DNA of 57,388 nt, filler included, from Sluysia triapertura (lineage: Eukaryota): assembly GCA_046118255.1 (NCBI GenBank). It is 4 parts of 4 records of this genome, joined end to end, with 100 filler letters (N's around TTAATTAATTAA, not from the genome) between each part and the next. Parts side by side here need not be neighbours in the genome. Positions count along the whole stretch, not along the records: positions 25,685 to 42,099 come from JBJNIA010204041.1; positions 42,200 to 57,388 come from JBJNIA010235447.1; 2 more parts are not named here. One strand, given 5' to 3'. Positions 37,629 to 52,099 of the stretch are shown here, one piece after another; position 1 is the stretch's first letter, and each line of letters begins with the position of its first letter. The position numbers and the translations under genes are program-made. Below the pieces are notes generated by a model. The model was given only the letters and a program-made list of their open reading frames with translations, had not been told where the DNA came from and did not search any database.

Positions 37629-38303
37629 CTAAAAGGTAATTATTAAAAAAATAATTATTAACATTTAAGAAATTATTAACATTAATAATTATTAACATTT
37701 AACAAATACTTAGGTTTTGTCTTGATAATGTTTTCTGAAGTGTATTACACAACTTTTATTGTTATAAATTTTGCTTATCTTCCTAAAACTGTTACAAGAA
37801 TGTTGTGTCTAACAATATTGAACTTGATTTAGTAATAATATACTTGGTTGGTTCCAAAACATTAATTCAACAGATTTTATTCCAAATTTCAAGTTTAAGT
37901 ACGCTTCTTCGTATCAAAGATGTTCATGTTGAGAAAGTTGACATGTTCACTTAATTACGCAACATAGAAAGGATTTTTGCAATTATTTTTAGTGATTCGT
38001 GCAAACAATAAGGAATTTTAAAGTAAAAAAATTCAAATTTCATAACACTATGCATATAATAATATTTTTAAAACATACCAAGCACATTTTGCCATTACTT
38101 ACATTGTAAACAATACGAATTACATGCAAATAAAAAAAAACAATTCGTATTTTCTACTTTTGCCTTTTCGAATCATTGAATCGAAATTATTGGATCTAAC
38201 TTCGTAAGATTGCGTATTTGAAAAAACAAAATGAGGCAATGCTTATATTTATTTCAACATTCGTAAATTCATCTTACACCACTCACACACTCACGCACAC
38301 CAA

Positions 38304-38515
38304 TCAATGTTCAGATAATCTTGATGAAATAATAGGAGGAGAATAAAGGTTCTGTTGGTTTAAAATTGAAGAATCGGACTGCAAAAAATGATCGTAAGAA
38401 TTATTATCATTAACAATTTCAACATTTAGATTATTGTAATCTACTTCTGGTGCTGGTGCTGTAGACTTAGTTACTGTTTCTGTTACTTCGTCACTGATTT
38501 CTGAAGATATGTCGT
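38304..38515 (-). other. Unassigned exon-like ORF segment (S/T/E/N-rich)
   Basis: TTTTAG acceptor at 38516-38517 and an open frame DISSEISDEVTETVTKSTAPAPE...SRLSEH*. No recognisable domain. Confidence 0.35.
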
Positions 38516-38906
38516 CTAAAATGCACAAAATAAAGAGTTTTAATTAATCTAACAGAGTCAGAAAAAACTATTAATACAAAATTTACTATGATGAAATAAG
38601 TTGAGCATACAACTGTATTTGAATTTTATTTTATTTGGGCAAAATTTACTATTAAACTCATTGATCGTTTGATCTACTTCTACTATTTCTGGGATACTTT
38701 CTATTTTCAATAAGGTTTTATAAGAACAAATTCTAATTTCCAAATTAAATTCTTTTGGATATTTTATGTAATTTAGATAACTTTACATTTTTGTTTTTCT
38801 TTATCGCATCATTGAAATATAATTTTGATTCATATTTTGCCTATTGAGGCAGGTATAATACAGAAAATTGAATAACCTTTCGTATTAGCATTATATTATC
38901 CATTTG

Positions 38907-39360
38907 TAATATAATAATAATAATAATATATTAATTGATATTGCGCTCATATCTAATGAAAAGTAAGTACTCAAAAGCGCTTAAAATAAATTATTCATTA
39001 TAATATATCTAAAACAAAAACTTTGTGTTTTTCTTAAATATTTCAAAATCTTTCACTAATTTGACATTCTCTGGTAAATGGTTATATATTTTTGAAACAT
39101 AAACAGTGTACAACCTATCACCTAGGTTATTATCACTGTGGATTCTGTATAGATTTATTATTATTATTATTATTATTATCATTATCTCAATGAAATATTT
39201 ATCTTGGTTTCCAAATTTTTTATTACTTCTAAAAAGATATTAAGCACTTCCGAATGTAATCATTTGTAAGTTATTGTCATGATTTTGAATTTTATTCTTG
39301 CTTTTATTGGCAACTAATGTAATTCTTTAAGATAAGGTGTTACACGAGATCTCGCAACTT
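38907..39360 (-). mobile_element. 3' end of an L2-clade LINE
   Basis: VTPYLKELH*LPIKARIKFKIMTITYK*LH, then KIYNHLPENVK....FEIFKKNTKFLF. The 3' UTR AAGCGCTTTTGAG...GAGCGCAATAT is followed by an (ATT)n tail. Confidence 0.85.
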
Positions 39361-39854
39361 GGAGAATATTTCAAATATTTTCCAGTTGAAAATTTTACTA
39401 CCTTAAGTGGAAATGATTTTTATGCAGCTAAGATAATTATTTTTGGTTTACCTCCTCCAGTTTTAAGTAATTCAGTTTTTATAGTAAAATATGAATGATT
39501 TAAATATTTTATTAATATCACTTGGTCATTAATGCATACTTGACCAAGAGCGTGTCACTATTTTCAACGTTAGAATTTAGTTAACACTTGAAATATTCAT
39601 TAAGCATGAGCTTCCACATGTCAGGACGATCAAATAGTTTCCATTTTTGCTTTGGATAATTTTGGGTGATTTAACGTAATATTTTTGAATAAACTCACCT
39701 TTATGTAATGTGGTGAAAATAAACATTAATCAAATTAACATACTAGATATGATTGATTATTATTTTCAGAATCAAAATTTCAAGATTTTCATGAGAACTC
39801 ATTTGAAATTTTCATAATTATTTACTTTAATAATTTACTGTTTCTAAATAATTT

Positions 39855-40952
39855 TTAATTAAAATTACCGATGCTTGTATTGCTTTCTTGGGCCAATTTC
39901 GTTAGGTAATTCACAACATCATCCATATCATCACTATCATCTTCATCACTTATCCTATTGTTGTGATTATGAGCTTTTTTCGTCTTCCGTTTCTTTAACC
40001 AATCTCGAAATACGGATTTGCAATGGTCCATCAGACATTCCGCGGAACAGTAACGAGCTCCATCCCATCTAGTATCCCATACTGCTAATCTGTCGCATCC
40101 TTTCCCGATACATTTATTTTCGTCATTATCTTCCTCTTTCTGCTGGACAGTGTCTTCGTCATCAGACATAATCACACGACGAACTGAAATTCTGGGCGGT
40201 GTATCATCATCACCATTATCATCATCGATATCCACACCTTTGTAACTACTATCTTCATCTTCGTTACTACTCGTATCTGTTAGAGTAGATTTATCATCAC
40301 AATCCTCGATGTCATTATTGTCAACACTATTTCTTTGTTTGTTTTTCAATTTTCTCTGTAATCGACGTTGCTGCTCAACATATTCTAAAATTAAATCACT
40401 ATCGCTGTTCGAAAACGCAGTTAATCCCGGTCGACGATAAGCAAATACCGAATGACGTCCAGTTTTATCTATAATAAAATTGAAATAACATTATACTTGT
40501 AATAATTAAAATTTAAATAAATCAGTTGTAAAGTATTTTGGTTTTATAGAAACGGATTACTTTTAAAACATATTTCTAAACACCGCCAACATTTTAAAAT
40601 ACATGTAAGTAAAATAGATTAGAACAAGTTATCCGATTTAAAAATCGACCCAATACAAATTACAGATGCACTAATAAACCGTACTATCCAACTGGAAATT
40701 TTGTAGCTGATTCTGTGACTGTGATTTTTGTTTATAAAGCTTGGAATTATTTTGATGATAAACACTTGCACTTCCTGCGAGTGACTTTAGTCGTGCAGGT
40801 ATTTCAGGTTCAGATGAAGATACTGAAGTTGTTTTGGAAAGCTGATTGGTGATTTCATTTTCTTTAGATTTCGATTTCTTGTTACTTACCGAAGAACCCG
40901 TGTTTATTAGCTTTGATGGGGCCGAAGTGTACACTGAACCAGGTATTGTAAT
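39855..40952 (-). CDS. TOX4: TOX4-like protein, 3' exons (approx. 40685-40952 and 39855-40468); 5' part unresolved
   Basis: KCIGKGCDRLAVWDTRWDGARYCSAECLMDHCKSVFRDW matches the TOX4 C-terminal Cys/His domain (C.RSGC.NP...[22 protein letters not shown].AW). AG acceptors at 40469-40470 and 40953-40954 keep the frame with a GTACGG donor. Confidence 0.72.
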
Positions 40953-42099
40953 CTTAAATAAAAAATAATAGTATCTAAAAATTGAATCCCTTAAATTTGA
41001 ATAATTCATATTATAAATTATCAGAAAACAAGTTTAAGGTATTAATTGATACCTTCTGGGGGAGCAATTTTTTGGCGTGAACATTAATACTAAATTATGA
41101 ACATTATGTTGTAATATTCAATTTAAACTAGACGAATTTCTTCAATAAAATATTTATTTATACTTTCTTCTAAAGATCTCGCGGTCCGGAGAAACTTTTC
41201 AAGGTCCGCAACTGGCTAGATCATTGGTGTTCACACCTCCATTTTGAAGAGCACTGAATAAGGTGACTCAGACCAATAAATGTCTTAGAAGTAAATGATA
41301 TTAAGTTTATAAGCCTTAATCTTACCAATGCAATTATTATTACACACGATCCATCAAACAAACAGTAAAATACGTTGGAGTAATTGGTTGCTATAAAAGA
41401 CTCACTTGTCAGTCTATACAGATATCGATGATTTCAATCAATTAGCAGTAGAAGTAGATTAACGTTGCATGAATTTCCAAATATGATTTAAATGGTAATT
41501 ATACTTATATTACTTACAACATTCGTTTAAATAAATGCTTATTAAAATTGATGTTTTAGCATTTTGATTATTGTTTTGTATTCTTTTGCTATTTCAATCA
41601 CAAAAGTAATAATTTACCAAAATCATTTTTTAGCAAGGCTGATGCTGACACAGATACTTTTGCTCATTAAAATTATTTTTGAGATGCCTGGTGTAAGCTC
41701 CAAGCCTAAAAATATGCTTCATCATTATGTTGGAGATAGCCAGAATTGTCCACGCTAAATTCGCTAGCTAAGATAAGCTAAATATTCATGTGGTGAGTTT
41801 AATGCAGAAAGAAAATAAATACCAATGCAAGAATACGCATAAATTTCATAATTTAAAAATTAAAATAAATATTTTATAACATTAAAACCAAAGGAAAAAC
41901 TTCAAAAATGCACTTTTCCAATTGAAATTATCGTTAAATTAAAAATTTTTATTTTTAAATATTGTAAAATAAAATTATTTTAGGGTTATTCATTTTTATA
42001 TAAACCTGTATTCATTTTTATATTAACTAATATTCATTTTTATATTAACATAATTAAGAATGAATAAAAAATATTTCCAAAAATGAAGGTTCTAACTTA

Positions 42100-42199
42100 N
42101 NNNNNNNNNNNNNNNNNNNNNNNNNNNNNNNNNNNNNNNNNNNTTAATTAATTAANNNNNNNNNNNNNNNNNNNNNNNNNNNNNNNNNNNNNNNNNNNN
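42100..42199. other. Artificial contig linker
   Basis: 44 N + TTAATTAATTAA + 44 N. Confidence 0.97.
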
Positions 42200-42358
42200 A
42201 TCTTCGAATTTCACTTTTCTTGGAGAATTGGATCTATTTCTATTAAAGTTTTGTTTGAATGTCTCATTTCTTAACTCGTTACAGTTGCGTGCATAATGCC
42301 CTGGTTTATTGCAATTGTGGCATATTATTTCTCCATCGGTATTTGTTCTTGTTAACAA
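42200..42358 (-). mobile_element. LTR-retrotransposon gag zinc knuckle fragment
   Basis: CHNCNKPGHYARNC (CX2CX4HX4C) followed by RNRSNSPRKVKF; truncated at the contig end. Confidence 0.75.
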
Positions 42359-43199
42359 AAGCTTATGTAAAAGGGATAATTTTTAATGAGTGTTTTGAGA
42401 AATATGAAATGTGAATTTTAATAAAATTTATTAAAGTTACATGTTGGCCACCACAATGTCAATAATTATAATTATAAATATGATGTTACAAATAAATCTT
42501 GCGATTTAATTTTTTTGTACATTATTATTATTATTTCTTGTTTATTTTAAGCTGCTTTTAAAAATAAGCAGCTTAATCAACTAAATACTTTTGTGTCTGT
42601 GGATCGATTCATTACTGAAAATATTTTCTCTGCTTTTTTGACTCTTAATCTACAATGAATAAATTGAAAAGTGAGCTTAACATCAACATTGCCACACATT
42701 TTTTCTCTAACTGTGGAGAATATCCTTAATTAAGAATATCACAAAGTGGTCTATCAAAATTTTGGGGTGGCCCACTGGATAGTCAAGGTAACCCCTATAA
42801 TGGACGATGCATCTCTCTTCATTCGCATGCATAGTTACTCAACATTACACATTTTTCTACTCATAAAAACTTGCAGCGATCAAGTTAAGACGCAAAAGAA
42901 ACGGACTCGTGTCGCTCTCCCTGTCCCACTTTCTCCGCAGGACCTCAATCCTTCCTTCTGATCATCAGAATCATAGTAGATGGGAAAACGGTCCTAAGGT
43001 CTATGATGAAGATAGAATTATTCTTGTCTTTTAATTATCCCTTAGATTTTGGGGACATACTTAGTATTATTCAATTGATCTGTATCCTTTATATAACTAT
43101 GAAATTAAAATTTACCTGCATTCACGGATTAAAATTTGTTTTACGATATAAATGACTTGGTGAAATCTGACCTTAATGAGAGTAAAGATGTGCATATAA

Positions 43200-43700
43200 T
43201 CAGCTTCTATCTTTTGGGAGATTTCCATAATAATATTCTACTTTCTTTATACTCGCGCCTGATCATAAATACTTTGCGGCTACCTTTTGGGTGCTTTGGA
43301 GGACATCAATTTTACGAACCATAACTTTCTGTCCACAACATCCACCAAACATTCAAACACTTTCATCCCGTGTATCCAATAACAAGTTGTACGCTCTATG
43401 AATCTGAATTAGTTTTCTTGTTCGAAAAAATGATACCTATTTCTTCGAAAACAGTTTAGCTCTTCCTTCCTCTCTTTTCACTTCCATTCCTATTTCCTGT
43501 TCAGTTTCTGTTTCAACCTACCATTCTTCTATTCAAATATAAAAGAATTCACCTGCCTCCAAGGATAGAAATAAAGCTAATATTTCAATACATCAAGATC
43601 TTATTTTAATTGCACCCTCGCCACATATTCGGCCATTGATACAATAACGTCATGAGTACGACCTCCATTATACTATTCGTCTGTAAATTTAGACGTAGAA
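43200..43700 (-). mobile_element. Highly decayed Gypsy integrase remnant
   Basis: Minus strand reads YQWPNMW (HHCC-region-like), AYN and GQKVMVRK...KVAAKY, in integrase order. Confidence 0.4.
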
Positions 43701-45438
43701 CTATCTGATTCTGACATTATGTGATGGTACTACATTAAATACTTAATTAATGATTTACGATTTGTGGTTTTATTGTTTCTAAATAAGATAAACTTCTGTC
43801 GTATAATTTACTAAATGTCTAAATGAAAAGTAGAAATTATCATTTAAAGTTTCTTCTATAAACCTTCAATTTTAATTTTTGATAAATTTCTATATTCAAT
43901 GTTTTTGTACAAATATACTAATCTTCAAAAATGTTTTATAATTTTTAAATAATAATCAATATATATTATCTTAATATATTATCTTTATTCGAATTATATA
44001 CAAATAAAATAATACTCATAAAATGAAAACCAAATTAATATAAATATATTAATGTCTAGTCATAAATTAATAGCTGACTAGTGCTACACAAAAAACAAAA
44101 GTAAATAATAAACCATGAATTAAAAATGCTTTTAAAATATACTAACTGGAATGAAATTTTGATTAAAATAAAAAGTTAAAAATTTTTTGCAATTCATTTT
44201 AAAAAGATGACACATTAAGTAACCCTACAGTGCACAATTTAATTTCAAATGGAAACAAACACTACACTACAATGCAAAAATCGTAATTACAATTGTGAGA
44301 TCTGCAGCCAAAATAATTATCTTCAATGTCGCAATATTTTATTGTAATGTAGATATAATACTAGGAAAAGCATATAAATTTTCATTTAAAGTGTGATGGA
44401 TGCATCAATGCACTCTGTATGGTTAAGATAAACATTCATTTTTAATGCTAATTTAAAAAGATTTTGCTTAAATCAAATACTTTATTTTAAAATATAATTT
44501 AAAACCAAATTATTCATCATTATATATCCAAAAATAATTACAAATAATTATACAACATCTAAGATCATTTGATTTTGAAATATATGAGAGATTCAAAGTA
44601 AAAAAAGCATTATCTACATAAAGCTATTAGAACTAATAAACGCCGCAAGCGAAAATTGCTCAAGACCATACAAAACTTTCCTTAATTTGTAAAGTGATTT
44701 TGCATTATTTAAAAAATCATATTCAGTCCGCCAAGTGCTGGATAAACAATTTCATAGATTTAGCTTTATTGGGTCAAACATTTATCATTTTAAATTTTAA
44801 TTACTTAGTGAGTATTGTTCTGCCTCAAACTATTCCAACAATATTGTTTATGTAATCTAAATTCTTACCAAGACGAGTTCATATTTGCTTCCAAACTGAA
44901 GACAAATCATTATTAATATTCGCACTATTATCATATCTTCTAAATTTCAATCTAGCTAAAAGATAGATCAAATTACAACACTTAAAAGAGTTGGAAAATT
45001 AAATATATTGAACTTTGGCCTGAATTTGCAACTCTTCCCTAAATCAAGTAGAAACTAAATTATGCAAAACTGAGCATAAGTTGAATCAATATTAATAATG
45101 AATCATTTTGACAACATTAGCATAAAAGTAATTATTAAATTCAAAAATAAAACCAATCCGTGAACAACGAAAAAAATATGAAGTAATGTTAATTCGAGTA
45201 AAAATTTACTAAATCATCTAACACATATCAAGCAATTAACTAATGTTTCTACATCTATATTTCTGGAGGTAAAGAAATATAATTTTCTACAATCTTTATA
45301 AAAATACCATTAACCTCGGAATTCTTGAGACTAAAATCACCGACTAGCATTCCTTATTTCCGCAAATAATGACTTACATATTAAAACTTTTTTAACAAAC
45401 CTATTTAAACATTAAGTGGCGTAAAATTTTTTATTTAA

Positions 45439-45562
45439 CCTTTAGTGTACGAATTATGTTAGATACATAAAATTTAGTTCAAAATACATACATCATATAA
45501 AATAACGTAATTTTTGATTGCGTGCTTAATGTTAGATATATCTAACATTCGTACACTAAAAG
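45439..45562. mobile_element. piggyBac-type MITE (124 bp)
   Basis: TTAA on both sides (45435-45438, 45563-45566). TIRs CCTTTAGTGTACGAAT...GTTAGATA and TATCTAACATTCGTACACTAAAAG. Confidence 0.75.
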
Positions 45563-48500
45563 TTAATATACCATAATAAAAGTTAAATAACTTGAGTTAA
45601 ATAAATGTTTAAATTTAATATATTTTTATTTTTAAAAACGTTTATATTAAACTTAGTTTATTATCATTTATAAATGTCTAATATGATTCAATACTATATA
45701 GTCTAAAATTATGTTCAAAATTATTATGCAGTGTAAGGTTGTTGTAAATATAATTTAATTTGCATTAAGTATTTTTCTAGATGTGGTAAAAAAAGTACTA
45801 AAAACTAATTTAGATGGTTAAGCATTTTGAATTAATGCAGATAATCCTAATGTAAATGTGCATAATAATCCTAAGTTACCTAATGAATTAATTTATTTAG
45901 TAAGTATGTTTAAAGTGACATAAGAACATTGTAATGGTTGAAGATAGTGAAGTTATTGTATGGAAATATGACAAAATTCTAATTTTTAATTTAAAGCTTT
46001 TAATTTTTAATAATAGATAGTTTTCAATCTATTTAATAATTTTTGCTACGAATTATAAAATTATCAAGATTTAAATATTATTTGATGAATAATCGCGTTT
46101 ACAAACATTCCATGGAGATCATAAGTGATATCATAGGTAACTTCATTAAATTTGTCAAATTTAACATGATTTCATTCTTTCATAACCAAAATTTTCCAAA
46201 TTAAAAAATAGAGAACACATTCCAAACAATTTTTGCATTTCTGTATCTTGAAGTAATCATTTATAATGGTATGCACGGGCATTATGCGTGAGGTTTTTGT
46301 GTGATATCCGGAAGCCAATTTTGTGGTAACGATATCCAATATTTGATATTTTCATTTTATTAATATACTTAGATGAATTTAAAGTTAAATTATTTAAGTT
46401 AGAATTACAACATTTTAATTCAAATGGATTTTTTAAACAATGTATTTCAATACACTGTTGAGTCTAAAGTTATCTTTATTTTATAATTTCATAATTGTGT
46501 TTTCCGTAATGAACTTTACATTTTATATATTTGAGCTTAAGGCTTTGTTTAAATCAATTTCGTTAAATGTAAATTTAATAAGTTTGTTATGGACTTGTAA
46601 ATTTTATTATTTATATACTAAATCCAAAGGATAACTCGCGTCCACAAACAAAAAATAAAGCCTTGATTTCCTATTATAATATAAACAAATCGAAATCATG
46701 AGAACAATGAACATGCAATTTTTACTAAAACACTGATACTTTCGTGGCTCCATACAAAATCTAAGACAATTTTGAGATTTATTACATTCTATGCACAAAA
46801 TAGAATGTATCAGTTCTTTTATATTATTAAGTAGATTCGGTGAAAAATGTAATAATGTTAAATTGTCGTACATCTGGTCGTAATCTAAGAGATCTTGTGG
46901 CGTTATTTTGGTGACCTATTAACATGCAAATTTGATTTCATCAGCATGATCACTATTATCCAAGGAGCATTTGCATAATTTTCTGTCTCCTAGATTATAT
47001 ATATACAATTTCCATCTATTTATTCAACAATTTTTCTTGACGATTATATGCCGCTGTCAAATGACATTAAGATTTTTGTTGCATTAGAGATGAATTTACT
47101 ATAACGAACGTTTTAATTACAACTATATTGAGATCCACACAAGTTTTTGTAATAATGATCGGCTTAATGATTTTTATTCATTTTTGAAATTCTACTTTAA
47201 CCATTATCATTGTGCAATTAATCTTCATCAATATGAAAATGAATTTAATTAATTGTTGACGTAATGCAACAAATATTTTGATAATGATAATAGTCTTAAT
47301 AATAATCTTACAAACAACTCATTGCAAAATAATACACAATTTCTTTCTTGTTTTGCTTAAAATTAAACGTATACCTTACTTTGATGAGTTTTGCACTTTT
47401 TTTTACACTTCTTCATTGCAATGGTTATAAGATATTTTAATTAGTTTTGATATTATTTAAGCTTAATACAATCTTTACTTTTTTATATGCAGCTTAAGAA
47501 TAAGTAATAATTACGTCATAGAGCTGGGAGGGTTAAAATCTCTGTAGTTTCTTAATGTATTAAACCTTTTTGTATTCTGATTCATAATGTTTAACTTGTC
47601 ATTATTAGCTAAACATGATTGAAAGATGTATGCCAAAATTGGTGAATATTGTTATTGTAAATGCTGTTTATTAAGCTGAGATGTTTGTGATAAGGCAATA
47701 ATTTTTAAGATTAGGTTTTGTAGTTCTCGTTGAAATACTATAAAATGACTGTTGATCCAAAGTGTTAATTATTGAACGTTGTTTGTTTCATAGATTGTCA
47801 CAAACATTAATACTTCGTTATTGGACACAAATACGACTAATGATTCATCGATTAGAAAACTCATATTGATTTAAACAAATTACTAATTATCACTGTTTAT
47901 TATCCCGGTCATGATCAGCATTAAAATAACGGACATGGATCCTTATTCTTATTTAATATAAAACAATTAAACGACATGTAGCATGTGAATTAGCGTAATT
48001 TCTTTTTCTCCAAACCAAATTTCATCGAAAAATTGTTTCTTTAAATATCATTTTCTGATATACTATATCTTCCAAATATTTGAGAAAAAACCTCCACAGT
48101 TTAGATATTCTTGTTCTTTCACTTTCTTATTCAGGAATTTTTAATCATTAATGATTGTTCCTTAAATGAAGTTAATATGATTGATAATTTTAAATACTTA
48201 ACTTGTGAGTCTTCTGCAAAATGATATCACGATATGTAAAAAAATCAATAAATTTTATTAAATTATAATTATTAAAATTAGAATAGATTGAAAAACTCTA
48301 AATATTTCACTTTAAATATTAATTCATTTAACTTGTTATGCAAAAGTTTAAACAAATAAATCACATATAATTGTTACACTGAATAGTGTAATTTGAATTA
48401 TATTAGAATTTTTAGAAAACAAGGTAATAAAATCTTTCTTTAAAGATAACGTCATGAAAGACTTAGGCCTATAGATAAATGAAGCACAGTTAAATTTAAT

Positions 48501-48808
48501 ACACAATCATATAAAATAATAATACTTACAAATTTCTGTAATTAAAACTTGAGATTACGTATAAAGTAAAATAAAACACATATAAATATAAATACAAGAT
48601 ATCTTTAACATCCAGATCAATATTTTATAACATACTTTAATATCACATGTTTATTTAAAATTAAAAATACTAAAATTTTAAAAATTTTGAATACTTTAAA
48701 AGCGCTTTTATAAAATTTCATAATTAACATGTTAAACTCGATATAATAGTGATGCTGGAGTATTTAGATGGCATACTATATTTATTCATTTTTATCTTTA
48801 TTTAGGTG

Positions 48809-49115
48809 TCATGTATTTTCATCGGATTTATGAAAATAAATAATTGCCGCAATAGCGAATACCATAACACATAAAAAAAGTAAAACTACAATTAACGTTA
48901 TTGTATGAAATTGTTTTTCTAAGATTAAAACTGAACTACGTTCGTTTAAATCAAACCCAACATATTGTGTGGTATTTGCCTTTATCAATACTTCATTAAT
49001 ATCGACTGAGATTTTTATCATTAATTGATGGTCCTCGATAGAAGAAACTGTATAGAGAGTGGTATTCAAACCATCAAAATTCATTCTTGTGATTGCTGTT
49101 TTTCTCAACTGAAAT
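48809..49115 (-). CDS. Last exon of a GT7 beta-1,4-galactosyl/GalNAc-transferase-family gene with a C-terminal TM helix
   Basis: Phase-2 acceptor TTTTAG|A. (R)FQLRKTAITRMNFDGLNTTLYTVSSIEDHQLMIKISVDI matches the GT7 C-terminus RF..+..T...M..DGLNSL.Y.V......LY..I.VDI. It is followed by TITLIVVLLFLCVMVFAIAAIIYF. Confidence 0.75.
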
Positions 49116-52099
49116 CTAAAATGATATTACTATTATTGTTAATAGCATTTAAGCATTTGATAATGAGGATAATTAAAATACAATTTCCATTAAAATAAAG
49201 TCACATTTAAAAGTGAAAAAATTATGAAAAATTTTAACTTTATCAAGCTCTATATATAAATAATAAATATAAAACCATAAAAAATTAAAATTAGCCACCA
49301 ATGAAAGTTCATTCAGAAAACATACATTCATATATTATGTTTTTAAAAAGTCATTTAGTCAACAATTTTACATATTACGACTTAAAAACTCACTCAGATG
49401 CTAAACTTCAATGATAAACAAGAAAAACTATGACAATTAACAATCAAAAATTCAAAGTTTTATGATTATATTTTATGTAATTTTTATTGAAAAAAGATAA
49501 TAATAAATTTAATAGTAGTTAAAAGATATTTTATTTAAATTTTATTGTAAAAATAAATGTAAAATTTTTTAATTATAGTTGAAAATATTATAAATAGACA
49601 AAAATTTTATAAAACATTTTCGCGATTCCGAGATACTAAAGAAATAATTCACAAATTATTTATTTCTCCACAAGTTCGAAACAGTAGAACATTTATTAAG
49701 CTGCAATTTGTTGAAGATCATAGTACAGACACAAGAAAATTGCATTAAATTACCCCATATAAAATTTATCTGAAATTTTACATTATTTTATCGTCAGTTT
49801 TTAATTTGTAGGTTTCGCGCTATTTTAAAAACAGTGCAAAAATCCATTAAAAATCAGTTTGTAATTATCTTTGTACTTGGTATTCAAACAAACCATTAAA
49901 ATCAATTTTTAATATTTGCACATGCATTATTAAAAAAATTAATTTTTTAAATAATTAATATTCTTTTGTTTTATCATTCGAACACAGACCATTGTACTGC
50001 TTTTATTAATAGTTGATTAAAATATATTATATTACTAATATATTATATTCTTATATTACTAATAATAAAATAAATGAGCTTAAAATATATGGTAATCTAA
50101 GCTCTATTAAAAATCACATAAAATCAAATTATATATTTTCATTTTATATTGTAAATAAGGAGTTAAAAATCATTATTTTTCACCTCATTTTAAAACAAGG
50201 TTCAATTTAATATTAAAATTTTTAAAATATAACTAATTTTTGATTATTTAATTGAAATCAGTTGTTTGAATAAAAACCATCATAAGTATCTTTGCAGATA
50301 CTAAATTCATACTTTAAAGATATTGTAAATGTAATCTATAGAAAATGTTAACTGCAAATATTAATTGTGTATGCATGTGTCAAGCGCATAACATATTACA
50401 ACGCTATTAATCAAAATATTTAAATGCTATATGTGTAAGTAATACTGTATAAAGAACAAGTTAATCGAAGATATTCCAGGTTGATAGAAACCATGACAAG
50501 TGTACCAAATTATACCATGTCTATTATAACTAATATATTGAATTTAACGAGGAATTAAAGCTATTAAATAACTTTTCCGAATAATAATTAACATATTCCT
50601 TAAATAAAAATTACGTATGATGTTTTGTTTTATTTTATTATTTATAGCATAGCAGTAAATATTATCGTTTGTTTAAGCAGTACACATTTTCTTTTCGGTC
50701 AACACCGTGGTCAGATGAAGCAATTATCAATAAAAATATAAGAATTCATGATTAAATGGAAAGGTTAACAAATCAAATTATCCACTTCTGCTAAACACAA
50801 TGTAAACCTTTTAAAAACATAATTTAACTATTAATTTGAATAAGTTAACATAAAATTATAATTCAAACATTATAATTTAATAAAATGTGTTTATATTCGA
50901 TCTATTAGTTATCTTAGAAAACTCTAAGAATTCTAAGAAAACCACAAGCATTCTAAACCTACTTGATAGCGATGTCTACGTCGAAGGAACCGGAGAGCTT
51001 GGGCAAGATGATTATCAAAATGCGGGCTCAAATTTTTATTTAGAACATTCACAAAGTGTGAGTAAAGTTTTAATTTGTGATTATTTTTATATTAGTAAAC
51101 TCTCAATATATTTCGACTTCACTTATTTAATTTCATTTTTATTTGTTGCCGATTTGTAATTAAGATTTTAATAAACTTTAATAAAGAATTATTAAAGTTT
51201 TCGAAGATAACTTGGAACAAGTGAATTTCTTCACTGATGATGGATCGAAAAGAAACACATTTTATTAAATTATAATTCAAATTATAAAGCTCATCAAAAG
51301 GTACAAATTTATAAGTACTTTTACAACTCATTTCGAAATATTTATTATCCGTTCTAACTCGATCACAGGAATACAAAAAGTAGAATGTTTGTGTTTTCGT
51401 CTTTGCCTAAAGGGACAACAAATAACTCAACACTAAGAGACCACTTCCAAAACCAAAATCAGATTCATCTAAAAAACAGCTAATTTTAGTTTATGACGGT
51501 TTTACGTACTGAAACATTCAGGGTTATAATTTTAAACACTTAAACCGTTTATTTCAAAATTTAAAATCGTGCAATCTAATATAACCGCATTATTAAAATT
51601 TTTGTCATCATCTTAAACACTCTTGGATAATTTGCTTTCAATACTATCCATTTTAATTGCTTGTACATTTAAATTAGTAATTATAATAAAAAAACTCAGG
51701 GTTATCAACATAAGCACTTAAACTGTTTATTTTAAAATTTATAGTACGTAAGAAACGTTTACACTGCCTATTTTCAAGTACTTCGAATCATCTTTGACAT
51801 TGTTTAAATGATCCAATAATACTTGTTTAGTTTCATTTAACACTTTCACGAGCTCTGCCTCTTTTGACCATCATAACATAACTTACTACTCTTTCTTTAT
51901 TGTTAGAAAAGGAGAGATACATAAATCTGATTTTCTAATATTATCTGACGATCTGTAAGCATTTTTCAAAAATCATGGTCATAACAATTATTCAAAAATG
52001 TGAAATTCGAATTAACTGCCTTTCCAAAATCAATCTACACTTTCACATAAACGTACATAGTTTTCTATTTGAAAACCAAAATACAATTAAATTAATTTG

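Noticed and set aside
41216-41236. Possible 21-nt GT-AG micro-intron removing two in-frame stops
   Set aside because: The joined peptide has no recognisable homology and there is no transcript evidence.
46607-46990. Cys-rich minus-strand ORF remnant
   Set aside because: No recognisable domain and interrupted by stops.
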